A stretch of DNA of 64,000 nucleotides from Candidatus Omnitrophota bacterium. Lineage in GTDB: Bacteria > Omnitrophota > Gorgyraeia > Zapsychrales > Fredricksoniimonadaceae. The stretch covers positions 143,345-207,344 of the forward strand of contig JADFYI010000001.1 in the NCBI GenBank assembly GCA_015233145.1, read 5' to 3'. Positions 9,176 through 17,819 of this stretch are shown in pieces; position 1 is the stretch's first letter, and every line of letters begins with the position of its first letter. The notes beneath the pieces were generated by a model, which was given only the letters and a program-made list of their open reading frames with translations, was not told the origin of the DNA and ran no database searches. Position numbers and translations under genes: made by a program.

Positions 9176-9524
9176 AAAAAACCTTTCTTTATCTAGTTAA
9201 AAAGAGAATAAATTTGTCTAATTTTTTAATAATGAATTCCGTATACACCTTCAACATTTTTAGTCTACCATCCGATGAATCTGTTTCAACCACATTTCTA
9301 GTTAATTTACACCTGTTTTTATCCGGTCTTTTTTAATCAAAGGTGTATTTTTTTCAAAGACCATTCTTGACCAGCCGCAGTGCAATGCCTATACTGTCGA
9401 ATTGAAAGGGAAATTATTTTAATATCAGCGAGATGTATGTTTTTGCACAAAAACCTGTAAAATAGAGCGGTCTTCATATTTCAAGAGCGGAGAGTGGTTT
9501 TTTTTAGGTTTTAAGAGGGGGGTC

Positions 9525-10295
9525 GTGGTGGTTTTTTTAAGAAATTTTTTGATAAGCATGCTTTCCCGTTTAGGGATGTACAATGGGCTTCGCGATTTTT
9601 TGAACAGCTACAGGATGGATAATTCTAGCCGTAAGGCTTTTTTAGCTCAGTTTGTTCAGCCAGGATCGCTTTGCTTTGATATTGGGGCTAATATTGGCGA
9701 GAAGACCGACCTGCTAAGATCTTTGGGCTGCAAAGTCGTTGCCTGTGAGCCGCAAAAGGAATGTGCTGATTATTTACGGAAGAAATACCGTAATGATCCC
9801 CAAGTCATCGTCGTTGAGAAGGCCATAGCGTCTTTTGAAGGGACATCGGAATTTTTTCTTTGTGGTGTGAATCAGCTATCGACTTTATCAGGAAACTGGG
9901 TCAAGGCCCTCAAAGAGGGAGGGCGTTTCGGTGAGCTTGAGTGGGGGAGGAAAATAACGGTTCCTACGACAACGTTGTTTAATTTAACCAAAGAGTTCGG
10001 GAATCCGGTCTTTCTTAAAGCAGATGTCGAGGGGTTTGAATATGAGGTTTTGAAAACTTTAACCATGAAAATTTCCTGTGTTTGTTTCGAGTTTGCTTTA
10101 CCAGAAAACTGGGAGTCGTTAGAGAACTCTTTAAAACATTTAGATGGATTAGGCGATGCCAAGTACAATTTTTCTTGTAATAATAAAAGTTTTGTCCTTG
10201 ATTCATGGGGCAAGAGCCAGCCTCTGATTGATTTTTTAAAGGAAAATTTTAAAAAATATACATGCGGTGACATTTTTGTGAAGTACGCGGATTGA
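9525..10295 (+). CDS. FkbM-family SAM-dependent methyltransferase
   Basis: CFDIGANIGE SAM-binding motif and a length typical of the FkbM family. The start is uncertain: GTG at 9525, or the internal Met at 9558. Confidence 0.7.
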   Translation: MVVFLRNFLISMLSRLGMYNGLRDFLNSYRMDNSSRKAFLAQFVQPGSLCFDIGANIGEKTDLLRSLGCKVVACEPQKECADYLRKKYRNDPQVIVVEKAIASFEGTSEFFLCGVNQLSTLSGNWVKALKEGGRFGELEWGRKITVPTTTLFNLTKEFGNPVFLKADVEGFEYEVLKTLTMKISCVCFEFALPENWESLENSLKHLDGLGDAKYNFSCNNKSFVLDSWGKSQPLIDFLKENFKKYTCGDIFVKYAD

Positions 10296-10339
10296 GCCAT
10301 CCCATTCCTTTTTCATGCCGATTAAAATATTTATCAGCC

Positions 10340-10368
10340 TTGACTGGGCTTGCGCCTTGATATATATT
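10340..10368 (+). promoter_or_regulatory. Sigma70-like promoter for tRNA-Gly
   Basis: TTGACT, 17 nt, TATATT. The -10 element ends about 25 nt upstream of the tRNA 5-prime end. Confidence 0.4.
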
Positions 10369-10393
10369 CATGCGTCACTTTACAGGGCAATAT

Positions 10394-10467
10394 GCGAGGG
10401 TAGTTCAGTGGTAGAATGCTAGCCTTCCAAGCTGGTCACGCGGGTTCGATTCCCGTCCCTCGCTCCA
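10394..10467 (+). tRNA. tRNA-Gly (anticodon UCC), encoded CCA
   Basis: Hand-folded. Acceptor GCGAGGG/CCCTCGC, anticodon loop CTTCCAA, T arm GCGGG-TTCGATT-CCCGT. Confidence 0.9.
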
Positions 10468-10499
10468 TTTAAAATATATATATACTAAAAAGGATTGAT

Positions 10500-11204
10500 G
10501 TGAAAATTACTCTTCTTATCCCAACCTTGAATGAAGAAGTCGGCATGAAATCTGTTATGCCCAAGGTGGATAAAAGCCTTTTTGAGCAGATTCTGATTGT
10601 TGACGGCAAGTCCAACGATAAAACAGTGGATGTGGCCAGAGGGATGGGCTTTGATGTCGTTATTCAACAGCGTCCCGGTATCCGGGGGGCTTATATGGAT
10701 GCGTTGCCCCATATCAAGGGTGATGCCATCCTCACGTTTAGCCCTGACGGGAATTCCATCCCTGAGCTTTTGGGCCCCTGCATCAAAAAATTCAATGAAG
10801 GTTATGACATGGTGATCGTGTCCCGCTATGCGCCTGGAGCCAAAAGTTACGATGATGATGCTGTCACAGGGTTTGGCAACTGGCTTTTTACCAATTCAAT
10901 CAATTTGTTCCATCGTGCCAGGTATACAGATGCCATGGTTATTTACCGTATCTACCGTAAGAGCCTTATCCAGGAACTCGACCTTGATAAAGATGAAAGT
11001 TATTCTTTTGAGGAAAATCTTTTCAGGACAAAGGTCAGCTGGGAGCCTCTGTTATCGATTCGTGCCGCCAAGCGTGGTTTGAAGTTGGCCGATATCCCAG
11101 GGGATGAGCCAAAGCGTGACGGCGGGGAGAGGAAACTCCAGGTTTTAAAATGGGGCGCAGCTTATTATTTTGAAATCCTCCGTGAAATTTTCTGGTGGCG
11201 ATAG
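10500..11204 (+). CDS. Family-2 glycosyltransferase, polyprenyl-phosphate sugar synthase-like (DPM1/ArnC/GtrB type)
   Basis: N-terminal LIPTLNEE and ILIVDGKSNDKT motifs, a size of about 230 aa and no TM tail. GTG start with an upstream AAAGGA. Confidence 0.78.
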   Translation: MKITLLIPTLNEEVGMKSVMPKVDKSLFEQILIVDGKSNDKTVDVARGMGFDVVIQQRPGIRGAYMDALPHIKGDAILTFSPDGNSIPELLGPCIKKFNEGYDMVIVSRYAPGAKSYDDDAVTGFGNWLFTNSINLFHRARYTDAMVIYRIYRKSLIQELDLDKDESYSFEENLFRTKVSWEPLLSIRAAKRGLKLADIPGDEPKRDGGERKLQVLKWGAAYYFEILREIFWWR

Positions 11205-11216
11205 CCCAAGACCGTT

Positions 11217-13091
11217 ATGCTCTTCCGTCAAAAGATTCAAAAACTATTTTCTAATGACTGGCTGATTGCCGCGGTTATCTTGTCTATTTTCTTGATCACC
11301 AACCGCTATATTTTTGGCTGGGATGACCAGCACCTTGAAGTTCCGCTTCTTAAACACCTCATTGACCCCACACTTTTCCAGGGTGATTATTACGTTGAGA
11401 GTCTCAAGGAAAACTTTACGACTTTTTTATATCCTATTCTTTCCAGATTTATTACAGTCGAGCAGATTCCGGCTGCGTATTTCACGCTTTTTCTAGTAGC
11501 CAGATTTTTCCTTTTTCTTTTTATTTATCGTCTTTGGCGCCTTGTCACAGGTGAAAGTTTTCTTGCTTTTTTATGCACAGCCGCACTTTTTCTTCTTATC
11601 CGCCCTGAAGAATTTATCAAGCGCACCTTTTCCCACCAGGTTGTTTCTTATCCGTTTGTCTTTGCGGGAATATACCTTTTTTACCGCAGCCGCTATTTGG
11701 CCGCAGCCATGGTCTGCGGCCTGGCCGCAAACTTTCACGCGCTTTATGGCCTCTTTGTCATGATTTATCTTTCGACATATTTATTGTTTTTTAATAAAGA
11801 TGCAGGAAGGGTGAAATTATTTTTTAAAGCCGCGCTTGGTTTTCTGGTGATGGCCTCTCCTTTTCTTGTATGGACGGTTTCAAGGGCGGTTAAAACAAGG
11901 CTGGGGGCTGACCCGCATCTTTATGACAACTGGATTGACCTTTACCGGATATCGTGTCCGCAGAATTTTCTTTTAGGGACAGGGCCTTTAAGGGAAGTTG
12001 TTTCAAATTTTAAAGTTTTTCTTAAGAATTTCTCCGGTTATTTATTTGCTTATATTGTTTACCTTTTCCACTGGTGTTTTAATGTTGAGTTCCGCAGGGA
12101 CATGAAGATCCATGCTGTTGCTTTTGCAGTCTTTTGCCTTACTGTTATTACTTTTCTTTTTACTTATATTTGGCCAAGTCATTTTGTTCTTGACCTGAAC
12201 CTTGTTCGCAATGATGAATTTTTGAAGTTTTTTGTCGGTGGGTATACTCTTATTTTCGCCTACCGCGAAGCTCAAAAGTCATGGTGGAAGGGCGCTTTCC
12301 TTGCGGTTCTTGCCGCGTTTGTCGGTGGTAAAGAATCCCTGGACTCAAGTGTGTTCCTTGCTACAGCCGGAATCCTTTTACTTTGGGAAATAAAAGAGAA
12401 ATCGTTAGGACGTAATAAAGCACTGGCGAATGTCTTTTTCGCGCTGGTATTGTTTGGCCTGGCATATTTTCTGGCTAAAACATTGGGAGGGTGGTCGTAT
12501 CCCTTTTACAGGCTTCAGCGTTTAGGTTTTATTATTGCGCTTGTTTTTTTAAGTGCGCTTGCTGGATTTTTCATTCAAAAAACTTTTGTGAGGAGTTTTG
12601 CTTTTCGACTTCTTGTTATGGCGCCGTTTATTGTGGCTATCGTCACTTTTTGCCAGCTTCACTATAATTACGTCCGGATGACTAAAACAGGCTCAGGCTT
12701 CTGGCAGCTTCAAAGGAATTGGGAAGATATGCAGTTTTATGTTAAAGGTCATACGCCCAAAGACGCCATGTTTTTAACCCCTTACGACATGGAGATGGGG
12801 GGATTCCGTATCCATTCCAATCGTAAGGTTATTGTGTGTTTTCGCGATTGCGGTATTATAGGATTTGATTATAAAGCGGTTCTTGAGTGGCAAAAGCGCC
12901 TGAAAGATATAGAAACTTTTAAAGTCATGATTAAAGAGCCGTTTATGGGCGCCATCATTAATGCCATTACCAAGTATAAGGCGGATTATATCGTTTTTAT
13001 GAGGTATGCAGCGCCGCCCGATAATCAAATTCTTCAAAAAATGTATGAGAACGAGGCGTTTACCCTGTATAAAGTGATGAGGAATAATTAG
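11217..13091 (+). CDS. Polytopic membrane protein, putative GT-C-fold glycosyltransferase
   Basis: 624 aa with 12 or more hydrophobic segments. An acidic WDDQ motif sits in the first loop after TM1, as in ArnT/PMT/PglB-type enzymes. A soluble C-terminal domain of about 120 aa follows. Confidence 0.45.
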   Translation: MLFRQKIQKLFSNDWLIAAVILSIFLITNRYIFGWDDQHLEVPLLKHLIDPTLFQGDYYVESLKENFTTFLYPILSRFITVEQIPAAYFTLFLVARFFLFLFIYRLWRLVTGESFLAFLCTAALFLLIRPEEFIKRTFSHQVVSYPFVFAGIYLFYRSRYLAAAMVCGLAANFHALYGLFVMIYLSTYLLFFNKDAGRVKLFFKAALGFLVMASPFLVWTVSRAVKTRLGADPHLYDNWIDLYRISCPQNFLLGTGPLREVVSNFKVFLKNFSGYLFAYIVYLFHWCFNVEFRRDMKIHAVAFAVFCLTVITFLFTYIWPSHFVLDLNLVRNDEFLKFFVGGYTLIFAYREAQKSWWKGAFLAVLAAFVGGKESLDSSVFLATAGILLLWEIKEKSLGRNKALANVFFALVLFGLAYFLAKTLGGWSYPFYRLQRLGFIIALVFLSALAGFFIQKTFVRSFAFRLLVMAPFIVAIVTFCQLHYNYVRMTKTGSGFWQLQRNWEDMQFYVKGHTPKDAMFLTPYDMEMGGFRIHSNRKVIVCFRDCGIIGFDYKAVLEWQKRLKDIETFKVMIKEPFMGAIINAITKYKADYIVFMRYAAPPDNQILQKMYENEAFTLYKVMRNN

Positions 13092-13094
13092 TTT

Positions 13095-14099
13095 ATGCGC
13101 AAAAAACTTTTCAGTAACATAACCGTTATCGGCGATGGCGGCTGGGGGACAACCCTGGCGAAACTTTTGGCCGAAAAGAATTTTTGCGTTACCATGTGGG
13201 GTCCTTTTCCTGAGAACCTGCATGATATCGCACGGTGCCGGGAAAATAAGAAGTATCTTCCCGGAATAAAGATACCAAAGTCTATCCGGTTTATTTCAGA
13301 CTTGACAACGGCGGTGAGCAGCGCTGACCTTTTGATCCTGGCGATCCCATCCCAGTATCTTGATGGTGTCCTTAAGAAAATCAGGAAAACAAATTATTAC
13401 GGCAAGCCCATTGTCAGTGTCATCAAGGGCATTGACACCAAAACTTTCATGACTATGTCCCAGTTGATCGAAAAAGAATTGGGAAAAACACCCCTGGCTG
13501 TTTTATCAGGGCCTACCATTGCCCTTGAAGTTGCCCGCAAGATTCCGACGACTGCCGTGATCGCTTCAGATGATAAAACCCTTCGGGATTTATTGCAGGA
13601 TGTATTCAGCTGCGAGTATTTCAGAATTTACACCAATGATGATGTGGTTGGTGTTGAAATTTGTGGCAGCGTCAAAAACATTATTGCGCTTGCCTGCGGC
13701 ATTTGTGACGGCCTTGGATTTGGCACCAACACCAAGGCAGCCATTTTAACCCGAGGCCTTGTGGAAATGGCAAGACTTGGCCGCGCTTTAAAAGCAGAAC
13801 CATCGACTTTTTTTGGCCTTACAGGCCTGGGGGATCTGGCCACGACCTGCTTTAGCACCAGCAGCCGCAACCGTTATGTAGGTCATGAGCTTGGGAAAGG
13901 GCGGAAGATTAAAGCTATTTTAAGCAGCATGGATGCCGTGGCTGAGGGGGTTGTGACGGCCAAGGCGGTTTACAAACTGGCCCGAAAATTAAAGATTGAA
14001 ATGCCGATTACTGAGGCGGTTTACCGTGTTATTTACAAGGCCCATTTACCTGGAAAAATAGTCAAAGATTTGATGGGGCGCTCCCTCAAAGCAGAATAA
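13095..14099 (+). CDS. gpsA: NAD(P)H-dependent glycerol-3-phosphate dehydrogenase
   Basis: ITVIGDGGWGTTLA Rossmann motif. Full-length similarity to GpsA (KGID, GSVKNIIALACGI, NRYVGHELGKG). Confidence 0.9.
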   Translation: MRKKLFSNITVIGDGGWGTTLAKLLAEKNFCVTMWGPFPENLHDIARCRENKKYLPGIKIPKSIRFISDLTTAVSSADLLILAIPSQYLDGVLKKIRKTNYYGKPIVSVIKGIDTKTFMTMSQLIEKELGKTPLAVLSGPTIALEVARKIPTTAVIASDDKTLRDLLQDVFSCEYFRIYTNDDVVGVEICGSVKNIIALACGICDGLGFGTNTKAAILTRGLVEMARLGRALKAEPSTFFGLTGLGDLATTCFSTSSRNRYVGHELGKGRKIKAILSSMDAVAEGVVTAKAVYKLARKLKIEMPITEAVYRVIYKAHLPGKIVKDLMGRSLKAE

Positions 14100-14110
14100 G
14101 AGTTTTTATT

Positions 14111-14138
14111 TTGATTAATAGGCCTGTTTTTGTATAAT
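14111..14138 (+). promoter_or_regulatory. Sigma70-like promoter upstream of tRNA-Pro
   Basis: TTGATT, 16 nt, TATAAT, with a TG one nucleotide upstream of the -10 (extended -10). It lies about 75 nt upstream of the tRNA. Confidence 0.4.
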
Positions 14139-14211
14139 ACACTCCTTGTGATTTTTTTAACGTTTCAATATATATTTTCTATTTTTTCAATATAATTAAC
14201 TTATTGATATA

Positions 14212-14285
14212 CGGGGCGTAGCGCAGCTGGCTAGCGCACTTGAATGGGGTTCAAGAGGTCGTGGGTTCAAATCTCACCGCTCCGA
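14212..14285 (+). tRNA. tRNA-Pro (anticodon GGG)
   Basis: Hand-folded. Acceptor CGGGGCG/CGCTCCG with the C1:G72 pair typical of bacterial tRNA-Pro. Anticodon stem CTTGA/TCAAG with loop ATGGGGT, T arm GTGGG-TTCAAAT-CTCAC. No encoded CCA. Confidence 0.85.
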
Positions 14286-14317
14286 TAATTTTTCAAGGAT
14301 TCTTGAAAAATTATCCT

Positions 14318-14366
14318 GAAGCCCGCTAGAGCCACTTACAGTGGCTCGGGGGCTTCGGGATTTTTA
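14318..14366 (+). terminator. Rho-independent terminator after tRNA-Pro
   Basis: A GAAGCCCGCTAGAGCCACT-TAC-AGTGGCTCGGGGGCTTC hairpin followed by GGGATTTTT. Confidence 0.5.
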
Positions 14367-14439
14367 AAATTAGAGGAGTCCCGGAGCCTTAAGGGTTTTT
14401 AAACATTGCCTAATATATTTATCAAACGAGGATAAATTT

Positions 14440-14805
14440 ATGACTTCACAAGATTCGCACCATGGGGAACGGCGTCAGCACGTGCGCATCAGGAGAAACT
14501 ACATTATTCGTTTCTCTGATAAAAATAATCCTTCTGTTAAATTTGAAATTTCGCAGATTGAAAATATTTCCAAGGGCGGGCTTTGTTTTACCTCCACGAT
14601 TCCTTTTATTGAGAAGAGCGACCTTTTGGTCGAGTTGCGCACCCCGTATATTTTTGACACCATCCATCTTGAAGGACAGGTTCTTGAATCCAAAGAAAAA
14701 GTTAAGGGTTTAATTTTTGAAAATCGCCTTCAATTCCATGATGTGACTCCTCAAGCCGCAGATATTTTGGACAAGATTGAGAAATTTAATGCCAGTCAAA
14801 GGTAG
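14440..14805 (+). CDS. PilZ-domain protein
   Basis: RRQHVRIRR (RxxxR) and NISKGGLCF (D/NxSxxG) motifs in a 121-aa single-domain protein. Confidence 0.7.
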   Translation: MTSQDSHHGERRQHVRIRRNYIIRFSDKNNPSVKFEISQIENISKGGLCFTSTIPFIEKSDLLVELRTPYIFDTIHLEGQVLESKEKVKGLIFENRLQFHDVTPQAADILDKIEKFNASQR

Positions 14806-14810
14806 TAACA

Positions 14811-16109
14811 ATGAAAAAAATTAAAGTCGGGCTGATAGGATTGGGCACAGTGGGCGCCGGGGTCGCTAAACTTATAAAAACCCGCCATGCCTACGTTAAA
14901 GCCAAATTCAATGTTGATTTGGAATTGAAAACAATTTGTGATCTTAAGATTGATCCCAAATTGCGCAAAAGTCTTGCCACGGTTAAGGCAACATCCAATT
15001 TCCATGAGATTTTAAATGACCCAGACATTGATGTTGTTGTTGAACTTATCGGCGGGCTTCATCCTGCTTATGAGATCATCAGCGGCGCTTTGAATAAAGA
15101 TAAGCATGTTGTTACAGCCAATAAGGCTGTGATTTCGAATTACGGCCGTGAATTGTTCCGCCTGGCACATGAAAAGAAGAGAAGCGTTTATTTTGAATCT
15201 GCTGTTTTAGCCGGCGTTCCGATTATTAAAACGCTGACAGAGGGCATCGCAGGCAACCAGTTTACAGGCCTTTATGGCATTGTGAACGGAACCTGTAATT
15301 TTATCCTTACGGAAATGTCCACGAACGGCCTTTCCTTTGAATCTTCTGTCAAACTGGCCCAGGACAAGGGTTATGCCGAGAGTGACCCCACACTAGATAT
15401 CAACGGCATGGACTCTGCACATAAGCTTGCGGTCTTGATTGCCCTGGCCATGGGAAAATTTCTTAAAGTGAAAGAAGATATTTATACAGAAGGCATTACG
15501 CATATTTCTGCGGAAGATTTGGCTTACGCGGATCAAATGGGGCTGACAATCAAGCTTTTGGCCATTGCCAAGAAAAACAACAATAAAATAGAGGCGCGTG
15601 TTCATCCCACCTTGATTTCGAAGAAACATCCCCTCGCGTCAGTAAATAATGTTTACAACGCAGTCCTTTTGGATGCCGATGCTTTGGGCGATGTCCTTCT
15701 TGTCGGGCAGGGGGCCGGGCAAATGGCTGCGGCTTCCGGTGTTTTTAGCGATCTCATTAATCTTGCGATTGATAATGAAACAGGGCCAAGGACGTGGATA
15801 GGTGACAATCCTAACGAGATTGAAAAGATTGCTCTTCGTTCTATGGATGAAATTGAGACTGAATTTTATATCCGTTTAATGGTGCTTGATCGCCCGGGCG
15901 TTCTTTCCAAAATTACAGGTATTCTTGGTCAATGCGGGATCAGCATTGCCTCTGTTACACAAAAAGCCGTGAACAAGAATTCTTTTGTGCCTTTGGTCAT
16001 GCTGACGCATGTGGCCAAAGAATCTTCCGTAAAAAAAGCCCTCCAGAAAATCAACCAGCTTAAAGAAGTTGCGGCTAAGCCGGTGGCGATCAGAATGGAG
16101 CAGTTGTAA
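14811..16109 (+). CDS. hom: Homoserine dehydrogenase
   Basis: VGLIGLGTVGAGV NAD-binding start, catalytic core (ANKA, GTCNFILT, DINGMDSAHKL) and a C-terminal ACT domain. Confidence 0.92.
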   Translation: MKKIKVGLIGLGTVGAGVAKLIKTRHAYVKAKFNVDLELKTICDLKIDPKLRKSLATVKATSNFHEILNDPDIDVVVELIGGLHPAYEIISGALNKDKHVVTANKAVISNYGRELFRLAHEKKRSVYFESAVLAGVPIIKTLTEGIAGNQFTGLYGIVNGTCNFILTEMSTNGLSFESSVKLAQDKGYAESDPTLDINGMDSAHKLAVLIALAMGKFLKVKEDIYTEGITHISAEDLAYADQMGLTIKLLAIAKKNNNKIEARVHPTLISKKHPLASVNNVYNAVLLDADALGDVLLVGQGAGQMAAASGVFSDLINLAIDNETGPRTWIGDNPNEIEKIALRSMDEIETEFYIRLMVLDRPGVLSKITGILGQCGISIASVTQKAVNKNSFVPLVMLTHVAKESSVKKALQKINQLKEVAAKPVAIRMEQL

Positions 16110-17161
16110 TGTATCGCGGGTTAATTGAGCGTTATCGCAAATACCTTCCGGTAACAGAAAAAACTCCGGTTATCAGCCTTTCCGAGGGAAACACCCCTCT
16201 TATTTATTCGGATTCTTTATCCCAAAAAACAGGGTTAAAAGTTTATTTGAAGTTTGAAGGCATGAATCCGACCGGGTCTTTTAAGGACCGCGGCATGACC
16301 ATGGCGATTTCAAAGGCCGCGGAAAAAGGTTCCAAGGTTGTGATGTGCGCGTCAACCGGCAACACCTCGGCTTCAGCCGCGGCTTACTCTTCGCGCGCCG
16401 GTATGAAATGCTGTGTCCTGATTCCTGACGGGAATATTGCCCTCGGGAAGCTGGCCCAAGCTATGATCCATAATGCCCAGGTTATTGCCATCCAGGGCAA
16501 TTTTGATGATGCCTTGAACCTTGTGAAAGATGTGACATCAAAATATCCGATTGAACTTGTGAATTCCCTGAATCCTTATCGCATTGAAGGCCAGAAAACA
16601 GCGTCTTTTGAAATTGTCGATGACCTGTCCGATGCCCCGTTTTTCCATGCGATTCCTGTGGGCAATGCCGGAAATATCACGGCGTATTGGAAAGGATATA
16701 AGGAATATCATGCTGCGGGGAAGTCCAGGCGCTTGCCGAGGATGCTCGGGTTTCAGGCGGCGGGTTCTGCTCCGATTGTTCATAATAAAATTATTGAAAA
16801 ACCGGAAACCATTGCAACAGCCATTAAAATCGGAAATCCTGCCAGCTGGAAGTCAGCCACGGCAGCGCGGGATGAGTCTCATGGCCTCATTGATATGGTG
16901 ACTGATGAAGAAATTCTCACGGCATATCAGATGCTGGCAAATTGTGATGGTGTTTTTTGTGAGCCGGCATCTGCGGCCTCTGTGGCTGGTATTATTAAAT
17001 TGAATGAACACGGCTATTTTAAGAATTTTTCCGGTGAAAAAGTTGTCTGCACGCTGACCGGACATGGACTTAAAGACCCTTCCAATGCCATGAAATGCGT
17101 AAAAGCTCCGGTGGTGGTCAAGGCAGACATTCACGCGATTTTAAAAGAAATCGGGCTTTGA
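16109..17161 (+). CDS. thrC: Threonine synthase
   Basis: LSEGNTPL and the PLP-lysine motif NPTGSFKDRG. Its start overlaps the hom stop (ATGTAA junction). Confidence 0.92.
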   Translation: MYRGLIERYRKYLPVTEKTPVISLSEGNTPLIYSDSLSQKTGLKVYLKFEGMNPTGSFKDRGMTMAISKAAEKGSKVVMCASTGNTSASAAAYSSRAGMKCCVLIPDGNIALGKLAQAMIHNAQVIAIQGNFDDALNLVKDVTSKYPIELVNSLNPYRIEGQKTASFEIVDDLSDAPFFHAIPVGNAGNITAYWKGYKEYHAAGKSRRLPRMLGFQAAGSAPIVHNKIIEKPETIATAIKIGNPASWKSATAARDESHGLIDMVTDEEILTAYQMLANCDGVFCEPASAASVAGIIKLNEHGYFKNFSGEKVVCTLTGHGLKDPSNAMKCVKAPVVVKADIHAILKEIGL

Positions 17162-17180
17162 TTCAACTTAAGGGGTTTTT

Positions 17181-17819
17181 GTGCTCAAAGGTAAGAAAAT
17201 CCTCGTTACAAGCGGGGCGACAGCCGTCAAGATTGATGAAGTCCGGGTGATCACGAACCGCTCGACAGGTGAGATGGGGCGTCTCATTGCCCAGGCTCTT
17301 GTTAAGAATAAAGCCTCAGTCACGCTTCTGGAAAGCCAATCAGCAGCACTGGAATTTTCTCTTAAAAAAGCTAATCTTTTAAAATTTTTTTATTATTCTG
17401 AGCTCGAGAAGCTTTTAAAGTCAGAACTTAAGAAAGGATACGACTGCGTTATTCATGCCGCAGCGGTTTCTGACTTTGAGCCAAAGAAAGTTTTTTCAGG
17501 TAAATTGCCCTCTAAGAATTTTTTAACGCTTCATCTCAAGCCTACAAAAAAACTGGTCACGAAAATAAAGAAAATCGCGCCAAAAACTTTTTTGGTGGGC
17601 TTTAAACTGGAAACATCTTTAAAGAAAGATTTTATTTTTAAAGCGACAAAATCGCTTTTTCAAGAAGCGCATTGCGACCTGGTTTTGGCCAATGTTGTCA
17701 AAGGCCGGGAGTATCAGGCCTGCCTGATGACTCCTGACGCCAAGGCAACGCCTCCAGTTTCAACCAAAAAAGATATTGTGAAAGCATTAATCCGGAAAAT
17801 CGACGAAATACTATTATGA
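17181..17819 (+). CDS. coaB: Phosphopantothenate--cysteine ligase domain protein (stand-alone CoaB)
   Basis: ILVTSGATAVKIDEVRVITNRSTGEMG matches the CoaB half of CoaBC (ILITAGPTxExIDPVRxIxNxSSGKMG). AAAVSDF and VGFKLET are also conserved. There is no CoaC flavoprotein half. Confidence 0.7.
   Translation: MLKGKKILVTSGATAVKIDEVRVITNRSTGEMGRLIAQALVKNKASVTLLESQSAALEFSLKKANLLKFFYYSELEKLLKSELKKGYDCVIHAAAVSDFEPKKVFSGKLPSKNFLTLHLKPTKKLVTKIKKIAPKTFLVGFKLETSLKKDFIFKATKSLFQEAHCDLVLANVVKGREYQACLMTPDAKATPPVSTKKDIVKALIRKIDEILL

Noticed and set aside
9176-9524. Fur box upstream of the TonB-dependent receptor, and a replication origin at the strand-switch point
   Set aside because: Only a partial AATAATGAAT match to the 19-bp Fur consensus is present. 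I saw no cluster of TTATCCACA-type DnaA boxes and no dnaA or dnaN nearby.
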